From Myxococcales bacterium (GTDB lineage: Bacteria; Myxococcota_A; SURF-8): DNA of 64,000 nucleotides. Within the stretch, counting starts at the first letter, position 1, and each line of letters starts with the position of its first letter. The stretch is from positions 1,365 to 65,364 of the forward strand of contig QZKR01000084.1 in assembly GCA_003598065.1 (NCBI GenBank), written 5' to 3'. A program made the translations under genes and the position numbers. Below are positions 30,842 through 40,222 of this stretch, in pieces. Under the pieces are notes generated by a model, which searched no databases, had not been told where the DNA came from, and was given only the letters and a program-made list of their open reading frames with translations.

Positions 30842-32140
30842 TCATGGGCGGGCGTCTTCGTCGGGCGTCAGGCAGACGCCCCAGGCGGCGGCGCGTGTCT
30901 CCTCGTAGGCCTTCACTTCGTCCTCGGTCAGCCTGTAGCCGTAGGTCACGCCGTCGGCTATGTCCGGTCGGCCGCCGCCGGCCTTGCTGCCCAGGATGTA
31001 GGTTTCGGGGGAATGAAAGAACCCCGTCATCTCGTCGCGTCCGAGCGTCTCGTTGAAAAAGATGTTGACGTCGATGCCGCCGTCGATCACTTCCACCTCG
31101 ATCGGCGGACCGGCGTAGAGGCGGAACGGGTCGGTCTTGAGATTGTAGCCGGCCTTGCCGTCGATCTCAATGTCTTGCACCAGCCCCGTGAAGGCGAAGT
31201 TGTAGCCTTCGTCGTAGGTGTAGGGCCACGGATGCCATTTCGGCAGTTCGTAATCCGTGTGCGGCGTGGAGGGATCGATGGTGTCGGCGTCGCAGGCGCT
31301 GCCGCTGAACACGCCCGTATCCGGATCGACCTCGATGATCCAGTAGACTTCCAGCGGATAGGCGAAGGGCTCCGACAGATCGAGCCAGGTGACGAAGACG
31401 CCCGACTCGAAGCTCGTCGGCTTCTCTTCTCCAGCCGGCGTGACGCCGAAAAACAGATCGAGATAAATTCGGGTCTCGTTGCCGTTCAGGTCGGCCAGAC
31501 CGGGAGAAAAGCGCAGCAGATACTCGCCGATTCCCATGTCCGCCGCCGGATCGACGCTCAGCTTGGCCTCGATATCCTCCGCCGGCGCCTCCTCCACGGA
31601 CCAGTCCGCGCCCGCCGCTTCCATCCGGCGTCGGCAGACGCCGTCGTCGTCGCCCGATAATTCGCGGCACAACTCGTTGTCGCCAACCATGTAGCGGCGG
31701 CAGCTCCACGTTTCGTAGGCTTTGAAGGCCCGGCAATCCTGCTCGACGATCAATTTGTTCCCCTTGAAGCTCTGCTCGGCGCGGCAGACGCAGGGCGTCT
31801 CGGTGAACGTCAGAACGGCGGAAGCAGGCGCGACGGGACCGAACCACATGCGGGAGCAAGAACTCGTGTCGTCGTCGCCGCGGCACTGAGCAACAAGCTG
31901 GCCGTCCGGGTCGAGCAACCGGTCTGAACGATGCCAGATGGCCATTTCCATCGACGTGATGTCGATCGCTTCGGTGAAGACGATATCGATGTTCGCCTCC
32001 GGCGTGGTGGATGTGGACGGCGCGGGGTCCGAACTGGCGATGCCCGGCGGGGGGTCGAACGTGCAGCCTGCCAGATGTAAAAACGAGACAAGGGCGATAA
32101 GCGGCAAGCTCGCGGAGGCCATAAGGGAAAGCAGTCGCAT
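30842..32140 (-). CDS. Hypothetical lipoprotein with Ig-like N-terminal domain
   Basis: True start is MRLLSL (ATG 32140); lipobox LAGC; IDIVFTEAID and LADLNGN resemble bacterial Ig-like strands. Confidence 0.75.
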   Translation of the reverse strand: MRLLSLMASASLPLIALVSFLHLAGCTFDPPPGIASSDPAPSTSTTPEANIDIVFTEAIDITSMEMAIWHRSDRLLDPDGQLVAQCRGDDDTSSCSRMWFGPVAPASAVLTFTETPCVCRAEQSFKGNKLIVEQDCRAFKAYETWSCRRYMVGDNELCRELSGDDDGVCRRRMEAAGADWSVEEAPAEDIEAKLSVDPAADMGIGEYLLRFSPGLADLNGNETRIYLDLFFGVTPAGEEKPTSFESGVFVTWLDLSEPFAYPLEVYWIIEVDPDTGVFSGSACDADTIDPSTPHTDYELPKWHPWPYTYDEGYNFAFTGLVQDIEIDGKAGYNLKTDPFRLYAGPPIEVEVIDGGIDVNIFFNETLGRDEMTGFFHSPETYILGSKAGGGRPDIADGVTYGYRLTEDEVKAYEETRAAAWGVCLTPDEDARP

Positions 32141-32151
32141 TGCTTGAACTC

Positions 32152-34143
32152 CTAATACCGGAAAGTGAATCGCCCCTGGACGAGGCTGCTGGCGACGGCG
32201 TAGCCGTTTTCGTCCTTCAAGGCGTCGCCGGGCAGAAGCACGGCGCCTTCCAGGTCGAAGAGGAAATGCTCTTCCCAGAGATTGAAGGAAAGGCGGAGGT
32301 CGAACTCGGTTCCGTAAAAACTGGCCGGCCGCCCGCCGTTGAAGTTCACTTTGTCGTCTTCGAGATCGTCGGCGTCGTAATGGTAGAGCGTGGCGTAAGG
32401 GTCGATCAGCGGTTTCGCCGCCCAGGCGAGCAGCGCGCCGGTCCGGACGAACACGAAGTCCGCGATGCGCCACGTAACCTGGGGGAAAATGGCGATGGCG
32501 TTGGTGAAGCCGCCGTTGGTTTCGATCTGGCTGGACGGATTGGCGTTGGTTTCCACGGTGACCGGAATTTCCGCCTTGCGGACGAAATACCGGGCGGCGG
32601 CGGCGGAGCGGGCCGACTCGAACGCCAGCACCTGGGGGAAGAGCAGCAGGCCGACCTTCGTGTCTTCGGCGAAATAGAACTGCGTCAGGTCGCTGTCGCC
32701 GCGCGGATCGTCGTCGCCGCTGGCGTAATCCACTTCGAAAGTCAAGGTGACGGGGCCGACGTCGTAATCGGCGATGGCGAACATGCCCCACGCCTTGATG
32801 CTCTGCGTTTCCGGAATGCTGCCGGGACCGGTGGTGCGGAAGAGGCTCTGCGCCTCGGAGATCTCGCGCGTCTCGCCCTGGAGGACGCCCCATTGGGTCT
32901 CCAGGCGGAAATTCTCGATCCGCACGCTGGTTTCGAGCGCCATGATGTGAAGCTTCAACCCGATGTCCTCGCCGGTCCGGTACACATAGGCGAAGCCGGC
33001 CCTGAGGTCGCCGCAAGGCGCGGAGCCGAGCGCGAACTCGGGGAGCTTGTAGGTCAGGGAAAAGGCGAACTGATAGGTGTCGTCGCCCAGAAACTGGGCC
33101 TGATCGTTCACCAGGCTGTCGTAGGCGAAGCCGAAGAGCAGGCCCCGGTCCAGACGGCTGTCGGCGGCCCCGGGATCCCCCTTCATCGCCGCTTTCACCA
33201 CCTCGATGGGTTTCGTCCCGAACAGAATGCGGTCCGCCGTATCGCCTCTGCCCGCCGGGCCGAAGCGGTTGAGGTCGTTGTCGCCGTCGTTTAAGACGAT
33301 TCCCCGGCCTTCGTAGGCGGGCATGCGCCCGACGCGCAGCTCGCCGACGAGAATGTTCGCCTCGCCCCAGGCCCGCCGCAACTTGATCGGCTCGATCGCC
33401 TTCAGGCCGTAGGTGTAGGAGTCCGGATCGTTCGGGTCGAGGGTTTCGTCTTTGAGCGCGATGGTCAGGCCCGCGTTGTTCGGCGAGCGCACCGCCGTGT
33501 GGATGCCCTGGTTGGGGTAGGGAGGTTCGCCGTACACGAGGCCGTTGTCGCCGAACAGCACGCCGTCGAGCAGATCGATCTGCGTATGGAGGCGAACGAA
33601 ATTTTTCCAGCCGAGCAAAAAATGGGTGCGGCCGCGCTGCACGCCGTAGAACACGTCGGTGACGTCCTCGCCGTTGAGTTCGAGCGGGGCGATGTAGATC
33701 ATGCTGAACTGATATTCCGCTTTCAGATCGAAGAGCACGCCGGAATCGGAATGAATGAGCGGCGGCCTCGCGTCCGTCAGTCCCGAATAGGCCTGCGCCG
33801 GTTTGGTTTCAGACTCGGCCGGGACCGGCAATGGCGATTCGCCGCCCTCCTTCGCCCCGGCGGCGGGCGGATCGGCGCAACGCCCCTCGACGCAGATCCG
33901 CTCGCCCTTGCATTGCGTGTCGTAGCGGCATCCGTCAAGAGCAGACGTATCGGCCTCGGCGGCCGGGGCGGGAGCATCCGCCGCCGGTGTTTCGACAGGA
34001 GCGGTCGCGTCCGCCGCCGGTGCGGCCGCCGGCGAGGGCGTCAAGGCGGAAGCCTCCGGGGAGGCGACGTCGGTGAAGGCCGAAAGGGGAAGCGGAAGAA
34101 AAAACAGAAAAAGCGCGATGCCGCGTTTGAAGAGACAATTCAT
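32152..34143 (-). CDS. Putative outer-membrane beta-barrel protein
   Basis: Signal peptide, Pro/Ala linker, 4-Cys module (CRYDTQCKGERICVEGRC), amphipathic strands, C-terminal GRFTFRY. Confidence 0.75.
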   Translation of the reverse strand: MNCLFKRGIALFLFFLPLPLSAFTDVASPEASALTPSPAAAPAADATAPVETPAADAPAPAAEADTSALDGCRYDTQCKGERICVEGRCADPPAAGAKEGGESPLPVPAESETKPAQAYSGLTDARPPLIHSDSGVLFDLKAEYQFSMIYIAPLELNGEDVTDVFYGVQRGRTHFLLGWKNFVRLHTQIDLLDGVLFGDNGLVYGEPPYPNQGIHTAVRSPNNAGLTIALKDETLDPNDPDSYTYGLKAIEPIKLRRAWGEANILVGELRVGRMPAYEGRGIVLNDGDNDLNRFGPAGRGDTADRILFGTKPIEVVKAAMKGDPGAADSRLDRGLLFGFAYDSLVNDQAQFLGDDTYQFAFSLTYKLPEFALGSAPCGDLRAGFAYVYRTGEDIGLKLHIMALETSVRIENFRLETQWGVLQGETREISEAQSLFRTTGPGSIPETQSIKAWGMFAIADYDVGPVTLTFEVDYASGDDDPRGDSDLTQFYFAEDTKVGLLLFPQVLAFESARSAAAARYFVRKAEIPVTVETNANPSSQIETNGGFTNAIAIFPQVTWRIADFVFVRTGALLAWAAKPLIDPYATLYHYDADDLEDDKVNFNGGRPASFYGTEFDLRLSFNLWEEHFLFDLEGAVLLPGDALKDENGYAVASSLVQGRFTFRY

Positions 34144-34188
34144 GCGTACACCTCGGCACAAGAAAGCGTTTTCGATCGTCTCCCCGCC

Positions 34189-35235
34189 TTACTGTCGTTC
34201 CATGAGCACGCTGAAATCGATGTAGCAGTCGCCGAAAATGGGAACGTCGTACAAAAACACCTTCGCCGTTCCCGTCCCGCCATCGCCTTCGAAAGCAATC
34301 GTCGAGGTCTCGACGCTCGTGACGCCCATCTGTTGAGGGTTGACGTCGCAAATAATCATGATGTCGCCGTGCACGACGCCCGTGATGACTTCCTGCACGT
34401 CGCCCTTGTAATCGCATTCGCCGACGAGGCCGAGTTCATAAGTGCTGACGTCAACGTTGCCGGGGGTGACGCGGGCGTCGAAGCTCGCCATGCTCGGATT
34501 GCAGTTGGAGTAGGTTGTCGTCAGCGTCCGCCGCCATGTTCCCGCCTGATCGAAACAAATGGCGGTTTCCCGCGAGCAGGCCGGCAGGTTGCAGACTTTG
34601 CCATTCCACCACGGCGCTTCCGGCGGCCAGCTTGCGGGAACGATGCAGGTTTCGCAATGGTCGCCTTCCCAGGCCGACTGACAGTCGCAGACCGGCGCGC
34701 CGGAGGAATCGTCGCAATCGCCGTGGCCGGAACAGGTGGTCTCCTGGCAGCCGGTGTCTTCGCCGCAATTGCCGCCGTCCTCGTGATAGCCCGCCGCGCA
34801 GTCGCCGCAGGCGGGTTGGCCGGCGTTGTTTTCGCACATTCGGTGAGCGGCGGCGCACTCCGTATCCTCGGCGCAGGGATCGCTCGGCCGGCATTCGCCG
34901 TCGCCGTAATCCTGGAAATCCTGGTCGCAGAGGCAGCGGAACGCTTCTTCCGCGTCCGGGACACAGGTTGTCCGGTGGGACTGGTTGCAGGGATTCGGAA
35001 CGCAGGCGTCGCTTTCGGCTTCGGTTTCTCCCTCTTCTTCCCGGGCGGTCTCCGTTTCGTCATCGACATCGGCGTCTTCATCGCCGTCGAGGTCTTCGCC
35101 TCCGCCGGGGAACACGGGCTCGCCGACGTAGCCGCTGCCCTCGGGCCAGGTCTGCCCGCTGCAAGCGAAAGCGAAAAGCAAGGGGAGAATGAAGAGGACG
35201 AGAAAACCAACTATAGGGCGGCCATCCGTTTTCAT
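34189..35235 (-). CDS. Cys-rich EGF-like lipoprotein
   Basis: Lipobox AFAC, acidic linker, EGF-like modules (CVPNPC, CSGHGDC..CDC..WEGDHC). Confidence 0.8.
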   Translation of the reverse strand: MKTDGRPIVGFLVLFILPLLFAFACSGQTWPEGSGYVGEPVFPGGGEDLDGDEDADVDDETETAREEEGETEAESDACVPNPCNQSHRTTCVPDAEEAFRCLCDQDFQDYGDGECRPSDPCAEDTECAAAHRMCENNAGQPACGDCAAGYHEDGGNCGEDTGCQETTCSGHGDCDDSSGAPVCDCQSAWEGDHCETCIVPASWPPEAPWWNGKVCNLPACSRETAICFDQAGTWRRTLTTTYSNCNPSMASFDARVTPGNVDVSTYELGLVGECDYKGDVQEVITGVVHGDIMIICDVNPQQMGVTSVETSTIAFEGDGGTGTAKVFLYDVPIFGDCYIDFSVLMERQ

Positions 35236-35284
35236 CGAAACGTCTCCTACAGCGTTGAAGCCGCGGACAGGCCCGGCCGCGCCG

Positions 35285-36688
35285 TCATTCGTCCACCACC
35301 GCCATGAACATTCTCGCGATCTCGTGATGCCCCACCGGGTTGGGATGGATGCAGGTCAGGTCGAACCACCGTTCGCCGCCGGCCGGCGGCATGAAGCACT
35401 GACTGGCCGGGTCGGTGTTGTGGAAGCCGTGGCCGCAGAAATTTTCCAGCATGAAAATCATGTCGATGCCGAACTCGATGGCGATCTCCATGAAGGCTTC
35501 GTTGAAGCGGATGGTCGGCGCGGCGCCCTCGGGCCATGCGCTTAGGCCCGTGAACACGGAAGCGAGACACGAATTGAGGTCGCCGGTGCCGTCGGTGTAC
35601 TCGTAGGTATTGGAGGTGATGACGAAGACGCCGTTGGGGAAGCGGGCCGGGTCTTCATAAAACCAGCCGATGGCGTCGCGCATCAACTGAACGGTGTCCT
35701 CGCATTCGTCCATGATCTGCGGCAGCGTCGCGCCCTCCGTCCAGTCCTTGGCCCAGTTGTAGAGATCGTTGCCGCCGATGGTCATGACGACGAGCGTCCG
35801 CTTGGGTTCGGGCAGAGTGGGGAAACAGGTGGGAATCTGCTGATGGGGCGGCAGAAGCAGATCATCGACGCGCGCGCCCCATTCGGCGCATTCCCTGACT
35901 TCGATCTCCGTGCCGAACTTCGCCTGCAACTGGGCCGTCAGCACGTAACGGTAATAGTCCCAGATCGCCGTCGGCGGCGAACCTTCCGTGATCGAGTCGC
36001 CCAAGAAAACGACTTTCTCGATGCCGGTGATGTCCTGATGATTGGTGCCGAGACAGTGCGAGCCGACGATGGGATTGTACTGGTCGTAGTCGGGCCCCTG
36101 GCTGCCTTCGCCGGACTTATCCTTCCAGCACTCGGCGACGGTGAGCTTGGTTTCCTCCTCGGCTTCGGGCTCCGTCTCCGTGTCGAGGTCGCCGTCTGGT
36201 TCGGGGTCGTCGTCTCCGTCGGTCGGTTCGTCGCCGTCCTCTGCCGCGTCGCCGTCCGCAAGCGGATCGCTGTCCGGCGGATCGCTCTCGTCGTCCGGCT
36301 CAGTATCCACGTCGCCGTCGAGGACCTTATCGCCATCGGTCGAGGCGTCGTTTTCCGTCGTCTCCTCGGCGTCGGCGTCGGCGGGGATTTCCCGGGGCAG
36401 ACAGTAGCCCTCCAGGCATTCGAAGCCGTCCTCGCACAGCTCGCTTTCACCGCAGGATTCGGCCGGGAGGCAGCGATCGTTCCGACAATAGGCGGCCACG
36501 CCGCAATCGGCGTCGTTTTGGCAGAAGCGCGATTCCTGGCAGACGCCATCGACGCAAAGCATTCCGACGGGGCAATCGGTGGGGAACGTACAGCCGGCGG
36601 CCTGGCGGTCTTCACAAGCCCCCGCCAGCAATGCCGCGAGCAGCGCCAGGAAAAAGGGGAGAGACGCGTTTTTGCACCGACCGGGCAT
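35285..36688 (-). CDS. SGNH/GDSL hydrolase lipoprotein
   Basis: Lipobox AGAC, Cys-rich modules, DGD linker, then FLGDSIT, IGGND and DLTCIHPN. Confidence 0.85.
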   Translation of the reverse strand: MPGRCKNASLPFFLALLAALLAGACEDRQAAGCTFPTDCPVGMLCVDGVCQESRFCQNDADCGVAAYCRNDRCLPAESCGESELCEDGFECLEGYCLPREIPADADAEETTENDASTDGDKVLDGDVDTEPDDESDPPDSDPLADGDAAEDGDEPTDGDDDPEPDGDLDTETEPEAEEETKLTVAECWKDKSGEGSQGPDYDQYNPIVGSHCLGTNHQDITGIEKVVFLGDSITEGSPPTAIWDYYRYVLTAQLQAKFGTEIEVRECAEWGARVDDLLLPPHQQIPTCFPTLPEPKRTLVVMTIGGNDLYNWAKDWTEGATLPQIMDECEDTVQLMRDAIGWFYEDPARFPNGVFVITSNTYEYTDGTGDLNSCLASVFTGLSAWPEGAAPTIRFNEAFMEIAIEFGIDMIFMLENFCGHGFHNTDPASQCFMPPAGGERWFDLTCIHPNPVGHHEIARMFMAVVDE

Positions 36689-36702
36689 GGTTTTTTTTCC
36701 GG

Positions 36703-37389
36703 CTAAGATTTTTGCCTCGACGACTCGGCCGCCGGAGCGCCTTTTGCCGCGCCATCGGACGGCGGTTTCGCGCGCTCCACGAACAAGGCTTCCTTGGCGA
36801 TTCGCAGCAGTTCTTTGAGCTGCGGTTCCAAAGATTTCTCCTCGTCCACGTCGAACAGCGGCCGCGAAACGCTGCCGAAGGCGACAGCGCCAAGCGTCAT
36901 CATCATAATCAAGATGATGTAGGAACGCGGGTCCACCTCCGGCTTGATAATGCCCATCCTCTGGCCGATTTTGATATAATCCACCAGCACCGTAATCCAC
37001 GGGCGGAGGTGTTGCTTCGCCAGCGCATGCACCATGTCGAGGTTGTCGAGCGACTCCCGCATGGCGAACCGGGCGCGGTTTCTGTCGGCTTTGAAAAAAT
37101 CGAGGACCATGTTGAGCGTCGAGGCGAATCGATCATGGCCGCTCGCCGCCGCCTCCATCAGGCGCGGAACCTTGTTTTGCCAGTGCAGCATCAGGTTTTC
37201 GAGGACCGCCCGATGCAGACCTTCCTTGGAGCGGAAATGATACACGAGCGAAGGCTTCTGCATCCCCACCGCGTCGGCGATGGACTGCAAGGTCGCGCCC
37301 TTGAAGCCGACCTCGCTGAATTGGCGCGTGGCTTCCTCGATAATTCGCTGACGCGCGTTCGGCGGCCTGTCGTCGGAATTGCGCCGCAT
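36703..37389 (-). CDS. TetR/AcrR family regulator
   Basis: GFKGATLQSIADAVGMQKPSLVYHFRSKE helix-turn-helix. Confidence 0.92.
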   Translation of the reverse strand: MRRNSDDRPPNARQRIIEEATRQFSEVGFKGATLQSIADAVGMQKPSLVYHFRSKEGLHRAVLENLMLHWQNKVPRLMEAAASGHDRFASTLNMVLDFFKADRNRARFAMRESLDNLDMVHALAKQHLRPWITVLVDYIKIGQRMGIIKPEVDPRSYIILIMMMTLGAVAFGSVSRPLFDVDEEKSLEPQLKELLRIAKEALFVERAKPPSDGAAKGAPAAESSRQKS

Positions 37390-37422
37390 CTCGTTTTCCC
37401 GTTCTAACGCTTGTTCAGTAAT

Positions 37423-37451
37423 AAGCTACCGAATGTTAGATGGGTTGTCAA
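37423..37451 (-). promoter_or_regulatory. tetR operon promoter with overlapping operator
   Basis: Minus strand TTGACA-17-TAGCTT; imperfect palindrome CTACCGAATGTTAG (37426-37439) overlaps the spacer and -10. Confidence 0.6.
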
Positions 37452-37593
37452 CTTGCCAATAAATCCGCATGGAGGTCCCGCTTGTCGCCGCCTCGCCCGG
37501 CGCGCCGTTTTGACATCCGCGAAGCGATCGTTTAGCGTTTTTATCGAAGCACGACGGGCGATGACAACGGCGCCAGGCGCCGAGGGTGCCTGA

Positions 37594-39075
37594 ATGGCGA
37601 TCAAAAAGTGGGGATTGCTGGCCGCGTGCGGCTTCTTTTTGGCCGTGACGGCGCATCTTTATTGGGAGGCGCACGAACGCGCCGCCTTTACCTTTCCCGT
37701 TCCCTGGCCCGATGAAACGTCTTTTCTTCTGCCGGCGCTGGCCTTCGCCGATCACGGCAGCCTTTTTACCGAAGAGTTGAATCCCGAGCGCGAAATTTTC
37801 TGGATGCCGCCCGGCTACATGCTGAGCACGGGTCTCGTCTTCGGCGTCGCCGACTTTTCTTTCAGCCGGGCGCGGGACCTTTCGGCGATCTGCGTGCTTC
37901 TCGCTCTCCCGCTGATCGTTTGCATCGTTGCGCGCTTCGGTCTGGCTTTGCCGATGAGCGTTCTTTGCTCGCTTGTATTTCTCAACCGTTATTTCGTGGC
38001 CGCGGGCAACATCGCCCGCATGGAAGCGCTGCTTGTTCTGATGCTGGCGGCGGGCTTTTTTCTGATTTTTTACGGTCGTAAAAACTGGGGATTTTCACTT
38101 TTGGCGCTTGCTCCGCTTGTCCACCCCAACGGCGTTTTCTTTCTGGCGGCGGCGGTGATTTGCGATTTGCTCTCTAAGGATGTTCCATTTCATCGATCCA
38201 TGCGGAAAAAGCGCGATCTATTGCCCTTTCTTGCGGTTGTCGCGGCCTGGCTTTTTTACCTGGCGCATGTGCTCCGCAACTGGGGTGCTTTTTGGAACGA
38301 CATGGCGTTTCAATTTACGTTGAAACAGCAAGGGAGCGCGCTGGCGGCTTTCCTTGAACCTGGAGCATTGGCGGTGCTGCTGATCCTGTTTCTGTGCGGA
38401 CTGATCAACCGGCGAGAAAAGCTTGGCGCGGGATACCTCCTCGCGATGGCGCTCCCGGCCTGGCTGGCCGGCTACGCGGGGCGCGTCAGCCAGATGTTCT
38501 GGTACGGGATTTTCGACATCCTCGCGTGCCTGTTCGCCGCCGCCATGGCGCTGCACGTTCTGTGGCGCCTGAGCGGCAGGCTGGCGGATCTGGCGGCAAG
38601 GCGCGCGCTTCGGCTGGCGGCCTTTGCGGCATTGTTCGCGGCGAGCCTCGTGCTGTTGTTTCTGCGCGGGGTGGTGGAATGGCCGCTCGATTATCCCCCC
38701 GCCATGACCTTCGCCGGCATGACGACGGCGGCTCCGGCTTACGTCACGCCCAGCGAGCTTGAAGAGGTCCGCGCCTTCCTCGAAACGCAAACCGCGCCGG
38801 GCAAGACGCTTTCCGTGGAGTTTTTTCCGAGCGCGGATGGCTTGTTCTTCAAGGAAAAACCGCTCCGTTCGATGCGCATCTCCAGTCCGGTGTTTCATGC
38901 CGGACAGGCGGATTTGTTCGTCGTCCATGTCTCGCCCGCTTTGCCTGGGTGGTGGGACGCCCAGCTCAAAGAGGCTTTGGCCAAAGGGCGGATCGCCCCG
39001 GAGCGCGATCTTTTTCTGCGAAACGGGGAAAGCCTCTGGTTTGCCGGCCGACGTGAAGCGAATCGCCCCCCGTGA
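37594..39075 (+). CDS. GT-C (ArnT/PMT-like) membrane glycosyltransferase-like protein
   Basis: PWPDE after TM1, PPGY, ARME and HPNG; many TMs. Confidence 0.65.
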   Translation: MAIKKWGLLAACGFFLAVTAHLYWEAHERAAFTFPVPWPDETSFLLPALAFADHGSLFTEELNPEREIFWMPPGYMLSTGLVFGVADFSFSRARDLSAICVLLALPLIVCIVARFGLALPMSVLCSLVFLNRYFVAAGNIARMEALLVLMLAAGFFLIFYGRKNWGFSLLALAPLVHPNGVFFLAAAVICDLLSKDVPFHRSMRKKRDLLPFLAVVAAWLFYLAHVLRNWGAFWNDMAFQFTLKQQGSALAAFLEPGALAVLLILFLCGLINRREKLGAGYLLAMALPAWLAGYAGRVSQMFWYGIFDILACLFAAAMALHVLWRLSGRLADLAARRALRLAAFAALFAASLVLLFLRGVVEWPLDYPPAMTFAGMTTAAPAYVTPSELEEVRAFLETQTAPGKTLSVEFFPSADGLFFKEKPLRSMRISSPVFHAGQADLFVVHVSPALPGWWDAQLKEALAKGRIAPERDLFLRNGESLWFAGRREANRPP

Positions 39076-39217
39076 CCGGGTCGCAGAGGAAAGCGACGAT
39101 GAAGCCGCCAGCGGCCTTGGAGCCATAGCCGGTTGATCGCGTCCGAGCGCCGGCTTGACCCTCGCGCTGCGGACGGCCTATAATGGCGCTAATGGGGCGC
39201 AACGCCGAGGGAATATT

Positions 39218-40150
39218 GTGAGCCGACCGAAAGCTCCGCTAGTGGGTTTCATTCTGCTGCTTGGCGCCGCTCTCGGGCTGGCATGGGCGGCCTTTCGTCC
39301 GGATCCCAACCTTGCCGCTTTGGAAACCCTGGCCGGCGTCTTCGACATGGCGGTGTCGCTGGACAACCCGATTCGCCCGCCGGCGCTGCCCGTCAACCAG
39401 CCCGTTCTGGCCAACGGCGAGGCGGGCCTCGCCCAGATGCGGTACGACTCCTTGGGGCTGAGCCAAGGGCCGTTTGTGGCGATCCGGCGCTCCGTGGAGG
39501 TTTACTCCTGGAAGGAAACGCCCAGAGAAATCACGGCAACGCAGAGCGCCAGGCCGTCGCTGGAGGAGCGCTTCGTCTATACCACCGAATGGACGGCCAA
39601 TCCGGTGGATTGGCGCGATTTGCACTCCTTCAAAGACCGGCAATTCGAGATCCCGTCGTTCAAAAACCAGGATTTTCTGCCCCGGCTGCTGTCCGTCGGT
39701 CGGTTGGAGATCGACCCGGTGGAGGTGGAATTCCTCGGATGGGAGGATTACAACCTGAACTCGGGCGAGCTTGAAGTGCTTGATCGCCGACCGCACGACG
39801 CCAAATACGTCTATTCCCGCGCCGATGCGCCGCAAGACCCTCATCCCGGCGATTGGCGCTTCAGCTACCAGGTTGTGCGCCTGGATCATGCCAATCCGGA
39901 AATTACGGTTCTGGGGAGCCTGGAACGCAACCGTCTTGTTCCTTACCTCACCCCGGGCGGTAAAAAAGTGTTCCTGATCGCCACGGGCCCTCCCTCGCGG
40001 CTCAGAAGTTTTCTTCATGACGAGATCGAGCCGCTGCGTTTGGCGGGGAGCTACGACGTCTTTCTTTTGGGATTGGCTGTCATTTTAGGCTTGGCGGCTC
40101 TCATCGGGCTGGTTTGGCGATTGCGGCCTCGGCCGGCAATGGAAGCTTGA
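39218..40150 (+). CDS. TMEM43/DUF1625-like membrane protein
   Basis: N-terminal TM; RRSVEVYSWKE..YTTEW, PHPGDWRFSY and LVPYLTPGG resemble TMEM43-family motifs; C-terminal TM. Confidence 0.65.
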   Translation: MSRPKAPLVGFILLLGAALGLAWAAFRPDPNLAALETLAGVFDMAVSLDNPIRPPALPVNQPVLANGEAGLAQMRYDSLGLSQGPFVAIRRSVEVYSWKETPREITATQSARPSLEERFVYTTEWTANPVDWRDLHSFKDRQFEIPSFKNQDFLPRLLSVGRLEIDPVEVEFLGWEDYNLNSGELEVLDRRPHDAKYVYSRADAPQDPHPGDWRFSYQVVRLDHANPEITVLGSLERNRLVPYLTPGGKKVFLIATGPPSRLRSFLHDEIEPLRLAGSYDVFLLGLAVILGLAALIGLVWRLRPRPAMEA

Positions 40151-40222
40151 CGGGAGCGTTGACTTTCGGCTAGACAATGATTGGGGAGTCAAGATCAATC
40201 GTGTAGGGAATGGGTGGGTCTC

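Noticed and set aside
30842-33016. 724-aa ORF overlapping the beta-barrel gene
   Set aside because: The N-terminal extension is off-frame Arg/Pro-rich noise; the signal peptide starts at 32140.
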